NCBI GenBank assembly: GCA_965153355.1 | Contig: OZ231126.1 | Span: 14,446,001 to 14,510,000, forward strand | Length of the DNA: 64,000 nt | DNA from: Flaccisagitta enflata | Lineage: Eukaryota | Direction of reading: 5' to 3' | Shown here: positions 20,272 to 33,583 of the stretch, piece after piece | Layout of the letters: the number at the start of each line of letters is the position of its first letter | Position numbering within the stretch: the stretch's first letter is position 1 | Made by a program: the position numbers and the translations under genes | Notes under the pieces: generated by a model | Told to the model about the DNA's origin: nothing | Seen by the model: the letters and a program-made list of their open reading frames with translations, nothing else | Database searches by the model: none

Positions 20272-23200
20272 ATGGAGGCCAAACGGAAGGCGGACGAGAT
20301 GGCGTTGGTAGCTGTGGCCACGAAAAAGGCACGAACCGAAGCCGGGGCTCTGATGGAGGCCGTTCCCGGTGTCACGAGGACGTCAAATCTCGCGGTGAGG
20401 AATTAACATGAATAAGGGCTATAAACAGTTACGATTTATTCATGGGTGTATGGGGAGGGATGTCAGGGACGTCGGCCGACGTTCCTTTTTGTCGGACGTG
20501 CACCCCTGTCAGATTTAAGCTCATGTTAAAAAAGAAGGCCAAAAATAAAAAAAATGAAAGAAAAAGAAAACGGGAGAAGAAATGCATATTCAGGGGAAGA
20601 ATGAGAGAATATATGTGGTTTTCTAACAAATTAGGCTGTAGTTTCTTGCAGGAGAGTGTAATTTAAGATTTGAAAAGAATGAATAGGTAATAAAACCTGT
20701 CGGGCTTGAGGCTCTATCGGTTTTGAAACTGATTAACTGACAGCCCTTTGAGATTCCGCGCCATACACTTATGCCGGATTTATGACCTCTGTTGTCTTCA
20801 CTTCCATAATAAAGTTATCTCACTTAAACATATTCATCTGTGCAGGCTCCCATCATGTTGTTGATGGGCCACGAAGGAGACATTTTCTGCACCAAATTTC
20901 ACCCGGACGGCGAAATTTTGGTCTCTGGCGGCTTTGATCGAACCATTCTCGTTTGGAACGTTTACGGCGAATGTGAGAATATCGCCAAATTGACGGGACA
21001 TCACGGCGCCATCATGGACCTTCACTGGAGCAACGACGGCGATTATCTTTACACAGCTTCTACCGACAAAACGCTCGGCATCTGGGACGCTGAATACGGC
21101 GTCAAAATTAAGAAGATGAAAGGTGAATTTAAGTGGGAAGTTTCTTCAATAAGTCACTTAATCTATGTCATGTCAGTCAGTTTATATATAGATCTGTCAA
21201 TTTATCTTTCTTTAGTTTAATCTACTTGTCAGTTTATCCATCTGTCAGTCTGTCAGTTTATCAGTCTGTCAGTCTGTCAGTTTATCTAACTGTCAGTTCA
21301 TCTACCTGTCAGTTTATCTATCTGTCAGTCCGTCAGTTTATCTATGTCATTCTGTCAGTTTATCTACCTGTCAGTCTGTCAGTTTATCTATCTGTCAGTT
21401 TGTCTATCTCTTAGTCTGTTAGTTTATCTTTCTGTCATTTTATCTATCTGTCAGTTAATCTATCTGTCAGTCTTGTCAGTTTATCTTTCACTCTGTCAGT
21501 TTATCCATCCCTCTGCCAGTTTATCCATATGTCACTCTGTCAGTTTATCCATCTTTCAGACTCAGTTTATCCCTCTGTCAGTTTATCTATCAGTTTGTCT
21601 ATCTGTCAGTGACTCAGTTTGTCTATCTGTCAGTTTATCTATCTGGTTAAACGCACAACGTTGCACTTTTAACTTGTTTATATTGTCCCTTTTAGGTCAT
21701 CAATCATTCGTCAACTCCTGTCACGTGGCGCGAAGGGGTCCACAGCTCGTCTGCTCGGGCTCTGACGACGGCACCGTCATGGTTTGGGACTATCGCAAAA
21801 AATCTCCAGTGCACACTTTTCAAAATACGTATCAAGTCACCTCCGTCAGTTTCAGCGACACGGCTGAGCAAGTGTTCTCGGGAGGAATTGACAACGACGT
21901 AAAGGTTGGTCTGCTTTCACGTCCCAAGCCCCATCGTATCGTGGTAGGCCTTTACTTCCAAGAGTTAGTATTGTTGTTTCCGGCGTTTTGGTCGTCAATG
22001 TCGTTGTTGTTGACGCGTTGTCAGTCGTTTTCAGTGTTGTCGTCAGTGTTGTTGTTGTCGTCAGTGTTGTTGTTGTCGTCAGTGTTGTTGTTGTCGTCAG
22101 TGTTGTCGTCAGTGTTGTTGTCATGAGTTGTTGTCGTCAGTTGTTGGTGATGTTGTGGTTGTTGTCGTCAGTGTTGTTGTCGTCAGTGTTGTTGTCATGA
22201 GTTGTTGTCGTCAGTTGTTGGTGATGTTGTGGTTGTTGTCGTCAGTTGTTGTTAATGTTGTTGTCGTCAGTTGTTGTTGTTGTTGTCGACAGTTGTTGTT
22301 GTCGTCAGTTTTGTTGTTGTTGTCGTCAGTTTTCTTGTTGTTGTCGTCCGTTTTGTTGTTGTTGTCGTCAGTGTTGTCAGTGTTGTTGTTAGTGTTGTTG
22401 TTGTCAGTGTTGATGTTGTCAGTGATGATGTTGTCAGTGATGATGTTGTCAGTGTTGATGTTGTCAGTGTTGATGTTGTCAGTGTTGATGTTGTCAGTGT
22501 TGATGTTGTCATTGTTGATGTTGTCAGTGTTGATGTTGTCAGTGTTGATGTTGTCAGTGTTGATGTTGTCAGTGTTGATGTTGTCAGTGTTGATGTTGTC
22601 AGTGTTGATGTTGTCAGTGTTGATGTTGTCAGTGTTGATGTTGTCAGTGTTGATGTTGTCAGTGTCGATGTTGTCAGTGTCGATGTTGTCAGTGTCGATG
22701 TTGTCAGTGTCGATGTTGTCAGTGTCGATGTTGTCAGTGTCAGTGTCGATGTTGTCGGTGTCGATGTTGTCGGTGTCGATGTTTTCAGTGTCGATGATGT
22801 CAGTGTCATTGTTGTCAGTGTCGATGTTGTCAGTGTCGATGTTTTCAGTGTCGATGTTTTCAGTGTCGATGATGTCAGTGTCGTTGTTGTCAGTGTCGAT
22901 GTTGTCAGTGTCGATGTTGTCAGTGTCGATGATGTCAGTGTCGATGATGTCAGTGTCGATGATGTCAGTGTCGATGATGTCAGTGTCGATGATGTCAGTG
23001 TCGATGTTGTCAGTGTCGATGTTGTCAGTGTCGATGTTGTCAGTGTCGATGTTGTCAGTGTCGATGTTGTCAGTGTCCATGTTGTCAGTGTCGATGTTGT
23101 CAGTGTCCATGTTGTCAGTGTCCATGTTGTCAGTGTCGATGTTGTCAGTGTCGATGTTGTCAGTGTCGATGTTGTCAGTGTCGATGTTGTCAGTGTCGAT

Positions 23201-25061
23201 GTTGTCAGTGTCGATGTTGTCAGATGTTGTCAGTGTCGATGTTGTCAGTGTCGATGTTGTCAGTGTCGATGTTGTCAGTGTCGATGTTGTCAGTGTCGAT
23301 GTTGTCAGTGTCGATGTTGTCAGTGTCGATGTTGTCAGTGTCGATGTTGTCAGTGTCGATGTTGTCAGTGTCGATGTTGTCAGTGTCGATGTTGTCAGTG
23401 TCGATGATGTCAGTGTCGATGATGTCAGTGTCGATGATGTCAGTGTCGATGATGTCAGTGTCGATGATGTCAGTGTCGATGATGTCAGTGTCGTTGTTAT
23501 CAGTGTCGTTGTTATCAGTGTCGTTGTTATCAGTGTCGTTGTTATCAGTGTCGTTGTTGTCAGTGTCGTTGTTGTCAGTGTCGTTGTTGTCAGTGTCGTT
23601 GTTGTCAGTGTTGTTGTTGTCAGTGTTGTTGTTGTCAGTGTTGTTGTCATAAGTGTTGTTGTCATAAGTGTTGTTGTCATAAGTGTTGTTGTCATAAGTG
23701 TTGTTGTCATAAGTGTTGTTGTCATAAGTGTTGTTGTTGTTGTCGTCAGTGTTGTTGTCGTCGTTGTTGTCGTCAGTGTTGTTGTTGTCGTTGTTGTTGG
23801 TGTCAGTGTTGTTGGTGTTGTCGTTGCTGTTGGCGTCATTGTTGTTGATGTTGTCGTTGCTGTTGGCGTCATTGTTGTTGATGTTGTCGTTGCTGTTGGC
23901 GTCATTGTTGTTGTTGTTGACGTCAGTGTTGTTGGCGTTGGCGTTGGTGTTGTTGTTGGCGTTGGCGTCAGTGTTGTTGTTGGCGTCAGTGTTGTTGTTG
24001 GCGTCAGTGTTGTTGTTGTTGTTGTTGGCGTCAGTGTTGTTGTTGTTGGCGTCAGTGTTGTTGTTGTTGTTGTTGTTGGCGTCAGTGTTGTTGTTGTTGT
24101 TGTTGGCGTCAGTGTTGTAATATTATCATCCTCATTTGCGTTTGCGTTTTCCATCGACTGCCGCTCGCCTCCAGGCTTGGGATTTGCGAAAGAATGCTCT
24201 TTCCTACAAAATGCGGGGACACGGCGAGTCTGTCACGGGAATGGAACTGAGTCCTGATGGTTCGTACTTGCTCACCAACGCCATGGACGACAACATCAGG
24301 ATTTGGGACGTCCGGCCCTACGCCCCGAAAGAAAGATGCGTCAAGATCTTACAGGTGGCTATCTAAACTGTATGGTTTGTATTAATTTGTACGTGTCTTA
24401 CCTCTGTTTCGGCTTTATTATCTACGTTTTCTCTAACAGGGCCACCAACATAATTTCGAGAAGAACTTGCTTCGGTGTGGTTGGTCACCAGATGGCTCAA
24501 AAGTCACGGCCGGGTCTGCCGACAGGTGCTTGTTCTGAATTCAGTAACAGATAAGAAGCAATAACAAGAACTGAAACCTTGACTTGATTGACATTGCTTG
24601 CTCAGGAGATTACATTGAGAAAAAGACGTCGAATTATGGGTATACGTGAGCATGTAATTTCCATAAGAAAATCCGAAATTATCAACCTTTTTAGCAAGGC
24701 CTTAATTCGACGTCTTTTTCTCAAAGAACTGAAACCACAATTATACCAATCGCAACAACAACCACACTCACAAGTCACAACATAAACTCCAATAAACAAC
24801 ATATACACTTAAAAATAACTTAATAATAATAAAACCAACAACACCGAAAAATGATCAAAACAAAAAGAACCCTTCTACTTATAGTATAAGTTATACTTCA
24901 TTTATTGCAGATTTGTTTACGTATGGGACACGACTACGCGGCGAGTGTTGTATAAACTTCCAGGTCACGCCGGATCCGTGAACGAAGTTGACTTTCACCC
25001 GACTGAACCCATCCTTGTTTCAGGATCAAACGACAAAAAGATTTTTCTCGGCGAAATTTGA
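20272..25061 (+). CDS. SNRNP40: U5 snRNP 40-kDa WD40 protein; ~341 aa; exons 20272-20394, 20846-21122, 21696-21904, 24175-24354, 24440-24525, 24911-25061
   Basis: RTSNLAAPIMLLMGHEGDIFCTKFHPDG, RRGPQLVCSGSDDGT, IWDVRPYAPKERCVKILQGHQHNFEKNLLRCGWSPDG, LYKLPGHAGSVNEVDFHP; frame preserved (1026 nt). Confidence 0.96.
22000..24118. repeat. ~2.1-kb intronic minisatellite, 15-bp unit TCAGTGTCGATGTTG with variants
   Basis: Directly visible tandem array inside SNRNP40 intron 3. Confidence 0.95.
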
Positions 25062-25225
25062 AGTTACTCTCTTCCTCAATGCGCTGGGCCTTGTTTTCAT
25101 TCGTTTTGCATACTTTTCATTGTCGTTGGATACCAATTGGTTCCAATTATCTTCACCAGATAATGCAATTCCCTCCCTCCAGTTAGTGTCTAAACGTCTA
25201 ATATGGAATGTAAGCAAATGTGACG

Positions 25226-27671
25226 ATGGAAAACTTAGCCGATGTGATGAGTTTTGGAAGTGGTGGTGAAAGTGATTTGGCCGACGTGGCAATTTCCGCG
25301 AAGACGCTCGAGACCAGGAAAGAGGTTCTTCGACTGGAGAAACGAATCGGTAATAAGCTTGATAGGCGATAGCGATATGTATTATTCGAACAATGATTGG
25401 CTGGATATAGGCCATCAGTGATCAGAAGCAATACAAACAAGGGCCGATACACGACCTCAAATCGCGGACGGTTGAGCAGGGGCAGTAACGGAAAAGGACT
25501 CGATTATTATCGCGACCAACCGTCTGACCTAGCAGCGTATAGATTTTCGTGCCCGCGCCCAAAAATGAATAGACAATGTCTTTCCACTACCCTAGGATAT
25601 CGACGTGTGTGCATCAACACCGAAGTTGACACAATTTGGACTCCCAGCGCCAGCAAGAAAAAGAAGAAACTGAAAGAGGACGATCGTGACTCACCTCAAC
25701 CGCCCTCCTGCCCAGTCCCCACTCCTTCCAAATCGCTCATAAATCTCCAAGAAGGTGTTGCGTTGCTTGCTCTGATTTTGGGTCTTACATTATCTCTTAC
25801 TTTTCTGACGATGTGATCATGTGACGTTGTAAGAATTTCATTGATGATGATGAACTCGCCAACCTGCAAAACAATCAATCAATCAATAAATGAATAATTA
25901 TTATTGCTCCAAGTCAAATTCATGTTCCCCCCAACCAGATGGCTGTCGGTTGTACTCTCGGTTGACATTTCCGTTGACGGATCCCATTCAGCTGAGCAAA
26001 ATGGTGGTGCCCGAAGTTCTCGCTTACGACGTGATCGCCGTGGAACCGGCCAACGATAAACTCTTTCATAAAGTCTGCACCGAATCCGAACACATCGATC
26101 TCATCACTTTCAATTATTCGGCCGGCAATGCACCTGATTTCAAACTTCAGCCCGGCGTCGTAAAGGTTGGTAGTATTTGGTTCATGTCTTCCGTATTTTA
26201 ACACCGAATGAATTTTACTCCGTCTCATATCCCTGATTGATACCTCCAGAATTCAGATGTGCTACGTCTAACAATTTTTTCTCGTTTTCATGAAGGTGGC
26301 GCAAGATCGTGGCATACACTTTGAAATTGTCGTTGGTCCAGGTCTTCGATCCTCTGAGAGTGCCAAGCGCGGTCTTATTTCCTACGCTCGAAAAATCGTC
26401 ACTGCGACCAAAGGTGAGTGATAATTTTAAGCCACGTCGGATCGAGGTCGGGTGAGGCGTAAGCTGGCCCGAGCGTGAAACCGGAAGTTCATTCCGGTTG
26501 CGGAAAAAGGGCAGGGTCGCCCTAAAACGATAATGGGCTGCTTGGCCGTGACGGTAACGGTATTGATAAGAAGAAGAGGAAGAAGAAAAGAAAAAAATAA
26601 GAAGAGAAGAAAAAAAATAGAAGAAAAGAAAAAAAAACGATAAAAAGAAAAAAAAAGAAGAAAAGAAAAAAAAAGAAGAAAAAAAGAAAAAAAAAGAAGA
26701 AATAAAAGAAGGGAAATAAAAGAGGGAAAAGAAGTAAATGCTCTCCCTCTCTCTCTCTCTCTGCCCCTGCCCCTGCTTTTATCTCCTTGACTGTCTGTCT
26801 GTCTCCATATCAGTCTGGCAAGTGATATGTCTAGCGTATTTTTGTAGTTATAACCACCGATGAGTAAATACAGATACTTATGACCGTACCGTACCGTACC
26901 GTCCCCGACACGATATTTCAATAAATTGCATAGTTACGCCCCGTGGCGGAAAATGGCGTTGTTGCAACGTCCACGGAATAGAGGTTTACCGCAGTGTCAC
27001 GCTCGGCCCAGGGCGTAAGTTCCATTGTTTTTCGTATTATTCCTTACCAATCGCCCCTTTTTCAGGCAAAAAGATCGTTCTCTCCAATGGAGCCATGAGG
27101 CCTTCGGAAGTTCGCGGTCCTTTCGATTTGATGAATCTCGGGGTGTTGTTCGGCATGAACCAAAGTCAAGCCAAAGATGCTGTCTCTAAGTAAGTGGAAA
27201 GTTTTGATTATTAGTCATTGACATTTTATTCTACTTGGTCACTTTGATGGAGACTGTGCCTAGTATGAAATTTAGTCTGTTTGTTATGTAAAGTTCCTGA
27301 TATAAACTTCTAAGTTTTCCTCTCGTGATTACAGAAACTTCGACGCTATTTTGCGGCACAGCTTGACGCGGAAAAGCGGCGGAGGCGTGGTGACTTTCGC
27401 CAGGGAAGGGAATTTGAGTAAAAATACGAAAGACAAATTGGCGCATCTCAAGAATCTCAAAGATGTGATCACGTCAGAAGTGGAAAAGCGTAATCAGGAA
27501 GCGCAAAGACCAGTGAAGAATGGGCATGTGACTTCCGTTGTTGAAATTCCTAACGACAAAACATCTAATTGTGAAGCGTCCACTGGTACCACCAGTGACA
27601 AGAGGAGAGCATGTGACGCAGTTGACGGCTGCGATGTAAAAAAACCTCGCCTTCTTGACACCGCCGTTTGA
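25226..27671 (+). CDS. RPP30: RNase P/MRP protein subunit p30; ~362 aa; exons 25226-25349, 25596-25754, 25939-26165, 26296-26413, 27066-27189, 27335-27671
   Basis: IGYRRVCIN, LYSRLTF, YDVIAVEPANDKLFHKVC, DRGIHFEI, KGKKIVLSNGA..PSEVRGPFDLMNLGVLFGM; frame preserved (1089 nt). Confidence 0.92.
25436..25565 (-). mobile_element. Degenerate family A Helentron/DINE-like element in RPP30 intron 1
   Basis: AACAAGGGCCGATACACGACC..CGCGGACGGTTGAGCAGGGGCAGTAA is the reverse complement of the family A 3' end. Confidence 0.55.
26464..27011. mobile_element. Non-autonomous DNA transposon with 15-bp TIRs and an 8-bp TSD
   Basis: GGCGTAAG|CTGGCCCGAGCGTGA ... TCACGCTCGGCCCAG|GGCGTAAG. Confidence 0.8.
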
Positions 27672-27904
27672 TTTTCCCATTCTTATTTAAGTTTTGTTGC
27701 ATTTGTTTGTTTTCAGGGGGATTCTGAGGGGAGGGGGAAGCACATACACCGTGGAGATAGTATGGTATGAACCGTAAACGGTGATTGACGAATCGTCAAT
27801 GACGATGAAAAATTGTACCACTCTCTGAATATTTCTCGTCGTCCTGAAATAGTGAAGGTGTGATAGAGTGGAACATCCGCGTAGGGTGACAATAAGAAAA
27901 GAAA

Positions 27905-28180
27905 ATGCCTCCAAAGAAGAAATCGAATAAAAAGAAGAAGAAAGGGAAGTTGGACGGTGACGGTCTTCCTTCTTACATCCGGCCGCCGACGACGAGAGAG
28001 TTGATTCTCGCGCATCAAATCGCCACCACGGAAAAGGAAATCCACGAGAATGCTGTTGATGCGCGGATCTACGAGGAAAAGATCAATGTGCTGCATCGCC
28101 AAATGACGGAAGCCAAAGCCAAGCAGCAAGAGCTTATTAGGAGAATGAAGAATCAGGCCGATGCCTATCGCAGGTACCGT

Positions 28181-28241
<61 letters not shown>

Positions 28242-29384
28242 TGCAGGGGGAAAGCTAAAAATGGTTTTAGCAGTTTTTAGCAACGGGGTCCTATTTTTTG
28301 ACGTGCTAAAAAGTTGCTAAAAACCTTTTTTCAATGGGGTTCCCTTTTAAGAACATGGCTGCTAAAAACATTTTTTAGTTGCTGAAAATCCCGCTGAAAG
28401 GCCATGACTTAGAAAAAAAAAAGAATTTTCTTGCTAAAATGCATTTAAAACTGCTGAAGTTACTAAAAAGTTCCTAGAATGCTTTTGAAATTGTGATATT
28501 AGTTACTAACTACTTGCTCAAAGGTTTGTGACTTTTGATAAAAGTTGGTAAAAACCTAAGGATTTTGAAATGATGCTATGATATTAAAGAAAATTTGCTA
28601 AAATGTTGCTAAAACTAAGCTAAAGTGTGCTAATATGTTGCTAAATTGAAGCTCAAGTAGAGCGACCCATTTTAGCCATATTTTAGCAACATTTTAGCAG
28701 TCGCTAAAAGTTAAAGGGTACATTCTAGCGTGTTTTTAGCAAATTTTAAGCAAATTTTTAGCATTATGACCTTTAAAAAGAGGGGTCCTCTTTTTAAAAA
28801 ATTTCTTGCTAAAAACTGCTAAAAACTGCTTAAAAACATTTGTAGCTTGCCCCCCCCTCTTTGTGTGTATGTGTGTGTTGTGTGTGTGAGTGTGTGAGTG
28901 TGTGTGTGTTAGTGTGTGTGTGTGTTAGTGTGTGTGTGTTAGTGTGTGTGTGTTAGTGTGTGTGTGTGAGTGTGTGTGTGTGTTAGAGTGTGTGTCTTTG
29001 TGTGTGTGTGTGTGTGTGTGTGTGTATTAGTGTGTGTGTGTGTGTATTAGTGTGTGTGTGTGTGTATTAGTGTGTGTGTGTGTGTATTAGTGTGTGTGTG
29101 TGTAAGGGTGAGTGTGTGTGTGTAAGGATGAGTGTGTGTGTGTATGGGTGAGTGTGTGTGTGTAAGGGTGAGTGTGTGTGTGTAAGGGTGAGTGTGTGTG
29201 TTAGTGTGAGTGTGTGTGTGTAAGGGTGAGTGTGTGTGTTAGTGTGAGTGTGTGTGTTAGTGTGAGTGTGTGTGTTAGTGTGAGTGTGTGTTAGTGTGAG
29301 TGTGTGTGTTAGTGTGAGTGTGTGTGTTAGTGTGAGTGTGTGTGTTAGTGTGAGTGTGTGTGTTAGTGTGAGTGTGTGTGTTAG

Positions 29385-29422
<38 letters not shown>

Positions 29423-29894
29423 TGTGAGTGTGTGTGTTAGTGTGAGTGTGTGTGTTAGTGTGAGTGTGTGTGTTAGTGTGAGTGTGTGTGTTAGTGTGAG
29501 TGTGTGTGTTAGTGTGAGTGTGTGTGTTAGTGTGAGTGTGTGTGTGTGTGTGAGTGTGTGTGTGTGTGTGAGTGTGTGTGTGTGTGTGAGTGTGTGTGTT
29601 AGTGTGAGTGTGTGTGTAGTGTGAGTGTGAGTGTGTGTGTTAGTGTGAGTGTGTGTGTTAGTGTGAGTGTGTGTGTTAGTGTGAGTGTGTGTGTTAGTGT
29701 GAGTGTGTGTGTTAGTGTGAGTGTGTGTGTTAGTGTGAGTGTGTGTGTTAGTGTGAGTGTGTGTGTTAGTGTGATTGTGTGTGTTAGTGTGATTGTGTGT
29801 GTGAGTGTGATTGTGTATGTGAGTGTGATTGTGTATGTGAGTGTGTGTGTTAGTGTGAGTGTGTATGTGTGAGTTTGTGTGTGTTAGTGTGTGA

Positions 29895-29927
<33 letters not shown>

Positions 29928-30284
29928 CGTGCGTGCGTGTTCCTAACCATTTGTTTCTCTTTCTTTCTTTCTGTCTTTCTTTCTTTTTCTTTCTGCCCTT
30001 TCTCTGTCTTTTGCTTTGTCTTTTCTTATGTCTTTCCTTCTTACACCTTATCTGTCTTTCCTTCTGTCTTTCCTCATCTTCCTTTGCTTCTATCTGCTAT
30101 TCTATCTTTCTTTCCCTCTATCTTTCATTCTATCTTTCTTTCTGTCTTTCTTTCTCCCTGTCTTTCTTCCCTTTCTTCCCTTCTATTCTATTCTATCTCT
30201 CTTTCTGTCCTTCATTCTGTCTTTCTGCCTCAGTCTATCTTTCTTTTTTCCTATTCTTGTCTTTCTTTTTCCCTATCTCCCCAT

Positions 30285-30332
<48 letters not shown>

Positions 30333-32447
30333 ACTCACTCACTCACTCACTCACTCACTCACTCACTCACTCACTCACTCACTCACTCACTCACTCACAC
30401 TCTCTGTCTCACTCTCACTCTCTGTCTCACTCTCACTCTCACTCTCTCTCCCCCTCTCACTCTCTCTCCCCCTCTCACTCTCTCATTCTCACTCTCTCAC
30501 TTTCTTTCTTTCTTTCTTTCTTTCTTTCTCTCTCTTTCTTTCTCTCTTTCTTTCTGTCTCTTTCTTTCTTTCTTTCTTTCTTTCTCTCTTTCTTTCTCTC
30601 TTTCTTTCTTTCTCTCTTTCTTTCTTTCTCTCTTTCTTTCTGTCTTTCTTTGTTTCTTTTTCTCTTTCTCTCTCTCCGTTCTTACCTAATCCCCCTCATC
30701 TCTTGACTCAAACAGATTCTTGAAATACGGCGCTAAGGGCAAATGGAAGGAAGGCGAAGTGGTGAATCTAGGCGACGGTCTACGCGTCGTGGCCAAGAAG
30801 CCTCACGTGACGAAAGAAGACGTCGCGGAGGCGAAAGAAAGCGCGGAGGAAACGAAACGCAAACACGAAGGCGAAGTTGCCGAGTTGACGGAGAAGGAAA
30901 TAGCCGTCGAGGATCAACTGCAAATCAGGCTACAGCTCATCGAAGATAGGATAAGGTAAGCACCATCGTCTATCCTCGAGGCGGCGTAATCTTGAACTCA
31001 ACTCTTGTAATTTTATCTTATTATCTTCTTATCTTCTCTCGTCCTCTGTAATCCATTTTTGAACTTTTCCATCAGATATCGTGACGAGGGACAAATGACC
31101 GACGCCGAGGTAATCGCGTCTTTAGAAGCTCAACTGTTGGCTGAGGAAGAGAATTACAAAGAAATGGAAGAAGTTGCGAAGAAGGTTACGGAGCAAGGCA
31201 AAAGAGAAGTCAGCGATCGCGCCGAGGAAGAGAAAAGAAAAGCCGTCGATAACGCTCTCTTGGGAATGAGCAAGAAACGAGAAAAGGGGGTGCACAGGTC
31301 AGTTGACATTCTTTTGCAGGATGTCGTTGCATGTTTCCTTACGAACAACTCTGTGCTGATCAACGTTCTATGATTTGTTGATATTACACAATGCAGGTTT
31401 ATCGAACGTGAGCACGATTGGTTACTACGCACGTTAACGGCCTATCAGTCCAGTTCATCGTTCCTCGAGGCTCGAGTTGCCGAGTTAGAAGCCGATAATC
31501 TGCAGCTGATCGACGCTCTGTTAACGACGACCCCCAAGGATGAATTTCTTCGCCATTACGCAGTCCCCGATTGGAGACAAGCCATCGAAAATGGCGATGC
31601 TCGTTCGGCGGCTGCGGAACTCAGGCCCGGAAGCCATTTAGCTTTGGTACCAAGTCGTCCTCAATCTGGTGTCTTTAATCCCATTGGAGGCCGATTAAAG
31701 TTGCCATCCTACTCCTCTCCTTTCGCCGTTGGAACGGGAGAATCGGAAGCGGAGTTGCTGCTTTCTCGTACGCCTACGCTAAGATCGATCGCCTTCCCTT
31801 TGTACAGGAGGAAAATGTCAGAATTGGCGGCCATGGACGAGAATTTTGACGGCAAGTTGGCTTTAAGACGGACGAAGGCTTGGAAAAATCGAATCGTGAC
31901 ACCGGAAGGCGTGCCAAAAGAACTGGATTTGGTCGTTTCCACTGACGTCTCGCGTCCCGTCTCGACTTCCGGTCGATTATCCAAACGAGAAGTTTACTTG
32001 GAAAGGATCGTGGATCATTTGTTCACGCTGGGAGTCAAGTCTCAAATGGAGTTGGAGGAAGAACGTAAAAAAGTCGAAGCGAATCTTCGCGTGTTTGGCG
32101 CCAAAGTCAGAATCAACGAGTTGATTCTGCGGCCGTTGCTCGATGCCGAGAGAGGCGATCCGGTCTCCACGCCAATCATGCCGCCATCGAGAAGCCTTTC
32201 ATTCGAAGAGAAATTCTCGGAACGATTGAGTTTTTCACTTCCGCGTGTTTCTTTTGATTCCTCGTTGACAGCCAAAACTGGCTTTGGTGGAGTGAATTTC
32301 CCGTTTGCGCAGATGAAGCGGTTACCGAAACCGTTAGATGTGGAGAAGGGCGGTGAGAACGAAGATAAGTGGCCCATCGATGCCGACATTCTGAGAAAGG
32401 CGCTGCGTTTGCCGCTTTTGAACGTGACCGACGACGAGGACTTTTGA
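27905..32447 (+). CDS. CCDC83: CCDC83-like coiled-coil protein; ~593 aa; exons 27905-28173, 30716-30955, 31076-31297, 31397-32447
   Basis: MPPKKK start; [30 protein letters not shown] and [13 protein letters not shown] resemble CCDC83 blocks as recalled (VTREDVEEAMKE, ENDWLKK, ELEAENLVLIDQL); frame preserved (1782 nt). Confidence 0.75.
28244..28858. mobile_element. MITE with repeated GCTAAAA/TTTTAGC subterminal motifs
   Basis: CAGGGGGAAAGCTA..TTTTAGCAGTTTTTAGCAA / TTGCTAAAAACTGCTAAAA..TAGCTTGCCCCCCCCT, embedded in a (GT)n tract. Confidence 0.65.
28860..30680. repeat. Compound microsatellite field: (TG)n with TTAG/TGAG interruptions, then TTTC/CT/CTCA
   Basis: Visible tandem repeats in CCDC83 intron 1. 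Confidence 0.95.
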
Positions 32448-32969
32448 TGTAGCCGATCAAGCTCTTTGGTGACGGTATCCACTTGATCCGTTATCGCGGG
32501 ACTCATTGAACTAGCCTAGTACGAATCCCCGACTTACTCCTTTAGAAAATGACACTATTAGTCACTTGTCACTAGTCAACAACTTTATTACTCAATTTTT
32601 TTTTTTACATACGTATGTACAAAAGAAAAAAAATACTCGAACACACCCACCGACATTCTTCTGTAAATGTGATGATTATTCAAAGGTGATCAAGAACCCC
32701 TGACTTCCGTCCAAATGCTACTATCTCTTATTGTGGACTGAGACGACATTTTTTTTGACAACGTAACGCGATTGATTGAAATGATCCAAATAGAAATTCC
32801 GTCCATTTTTCATTTTCAAGAGTTTATTTGTTTAAAGTTTACATTTTGTATTTACAAATAGTTTACAATGATTCGTAGTATGTTTTATACAAGTATGATT
32901 ATACCCTCTTGATTATCAAATTTCCACCAACTTTTCACTTAGATTTTTGTCATAAAAACATATTTCGCG

Positions 32970-33583
32970 ATGGGTGAGCAAGCAAAGATTCCCTCCGAAG
33001 ACGTTCTCGGGGTAAGATGAGATTTGGACAAAAGTGTTCTAATCTTGACACCCGCACACCAACACACCTACACCCCCACACCTACACCCGCACACCAACA
33101 CCCACACACACAGCCAACCACACACCAACAGTCCAACACACACACAAACAAACAAACAAATAAACAAACAAGAGCAAAAATAGAATCATCCGTTTCCTCC
33201 TCCGTTCCAACGTTATTTCTCCTTTTGGTCAGGTCAAATTGTCCAACGCTGTAACTGATACGTTAATCAAGACGGTGACTGGAGCTGCTTTGGGCGTGGT
33301 CTTTTCAGCTGCGTTATTCAAGTGAGTTTTGTTCCGTGTACTTGGTAACTCCGGTACTGATTTGAACTTTGACAGTGTTTGTTCACCGTGGTTTTAAGTT
33401 GATTGGAATAATCATTCACAACTACACCACGCTCTTCCACGCAGGCGGAAACCCTGGCCGATCTTCCTCGGAGCGGGGATCGGCATCGGAGCCGGAATTC
33501 AAAACTGTCAAAATGATCTCAAAACTCCATTTGCCATTCTTCCCGGCAAAATAGTCAAAGTTAATAAAGACCAAGACTCGTGA
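32970..33583 (+). CDS. MICOS10: MICOS complex subunit MIC10; 89 aa; exons 32970-33011, 33233-33321, 33445-33583 (absent from the ORF track)
   Basis: MGEQAKIPSEDVLG-VKLSNAVTDTLIKTVTGAALGVVFSAALFK-RKPWPIFLGAGIGIGAGIQNCQNDLKTPFAILPGKIVKVNKDQDS*; two TM segments with the GxGxGxG motif and a basic loop. Confidence 0.92.

Noticed and set aside
22128-24257. 709-aa and 647-aa ORFs (mucin-like or SVSML repeats)
   Set aside because: They are translations of a 15-bp minisatellite inside SNRNP40 intron 3, whose flanking exons join in frame without it.
28900-29900. Interstitial telomeric repeat (TTAG-containing)
   Set aside because: The units are (TG)n with TTAG/TGAG interruptions, not TTAGG or TTAGGG arrays.
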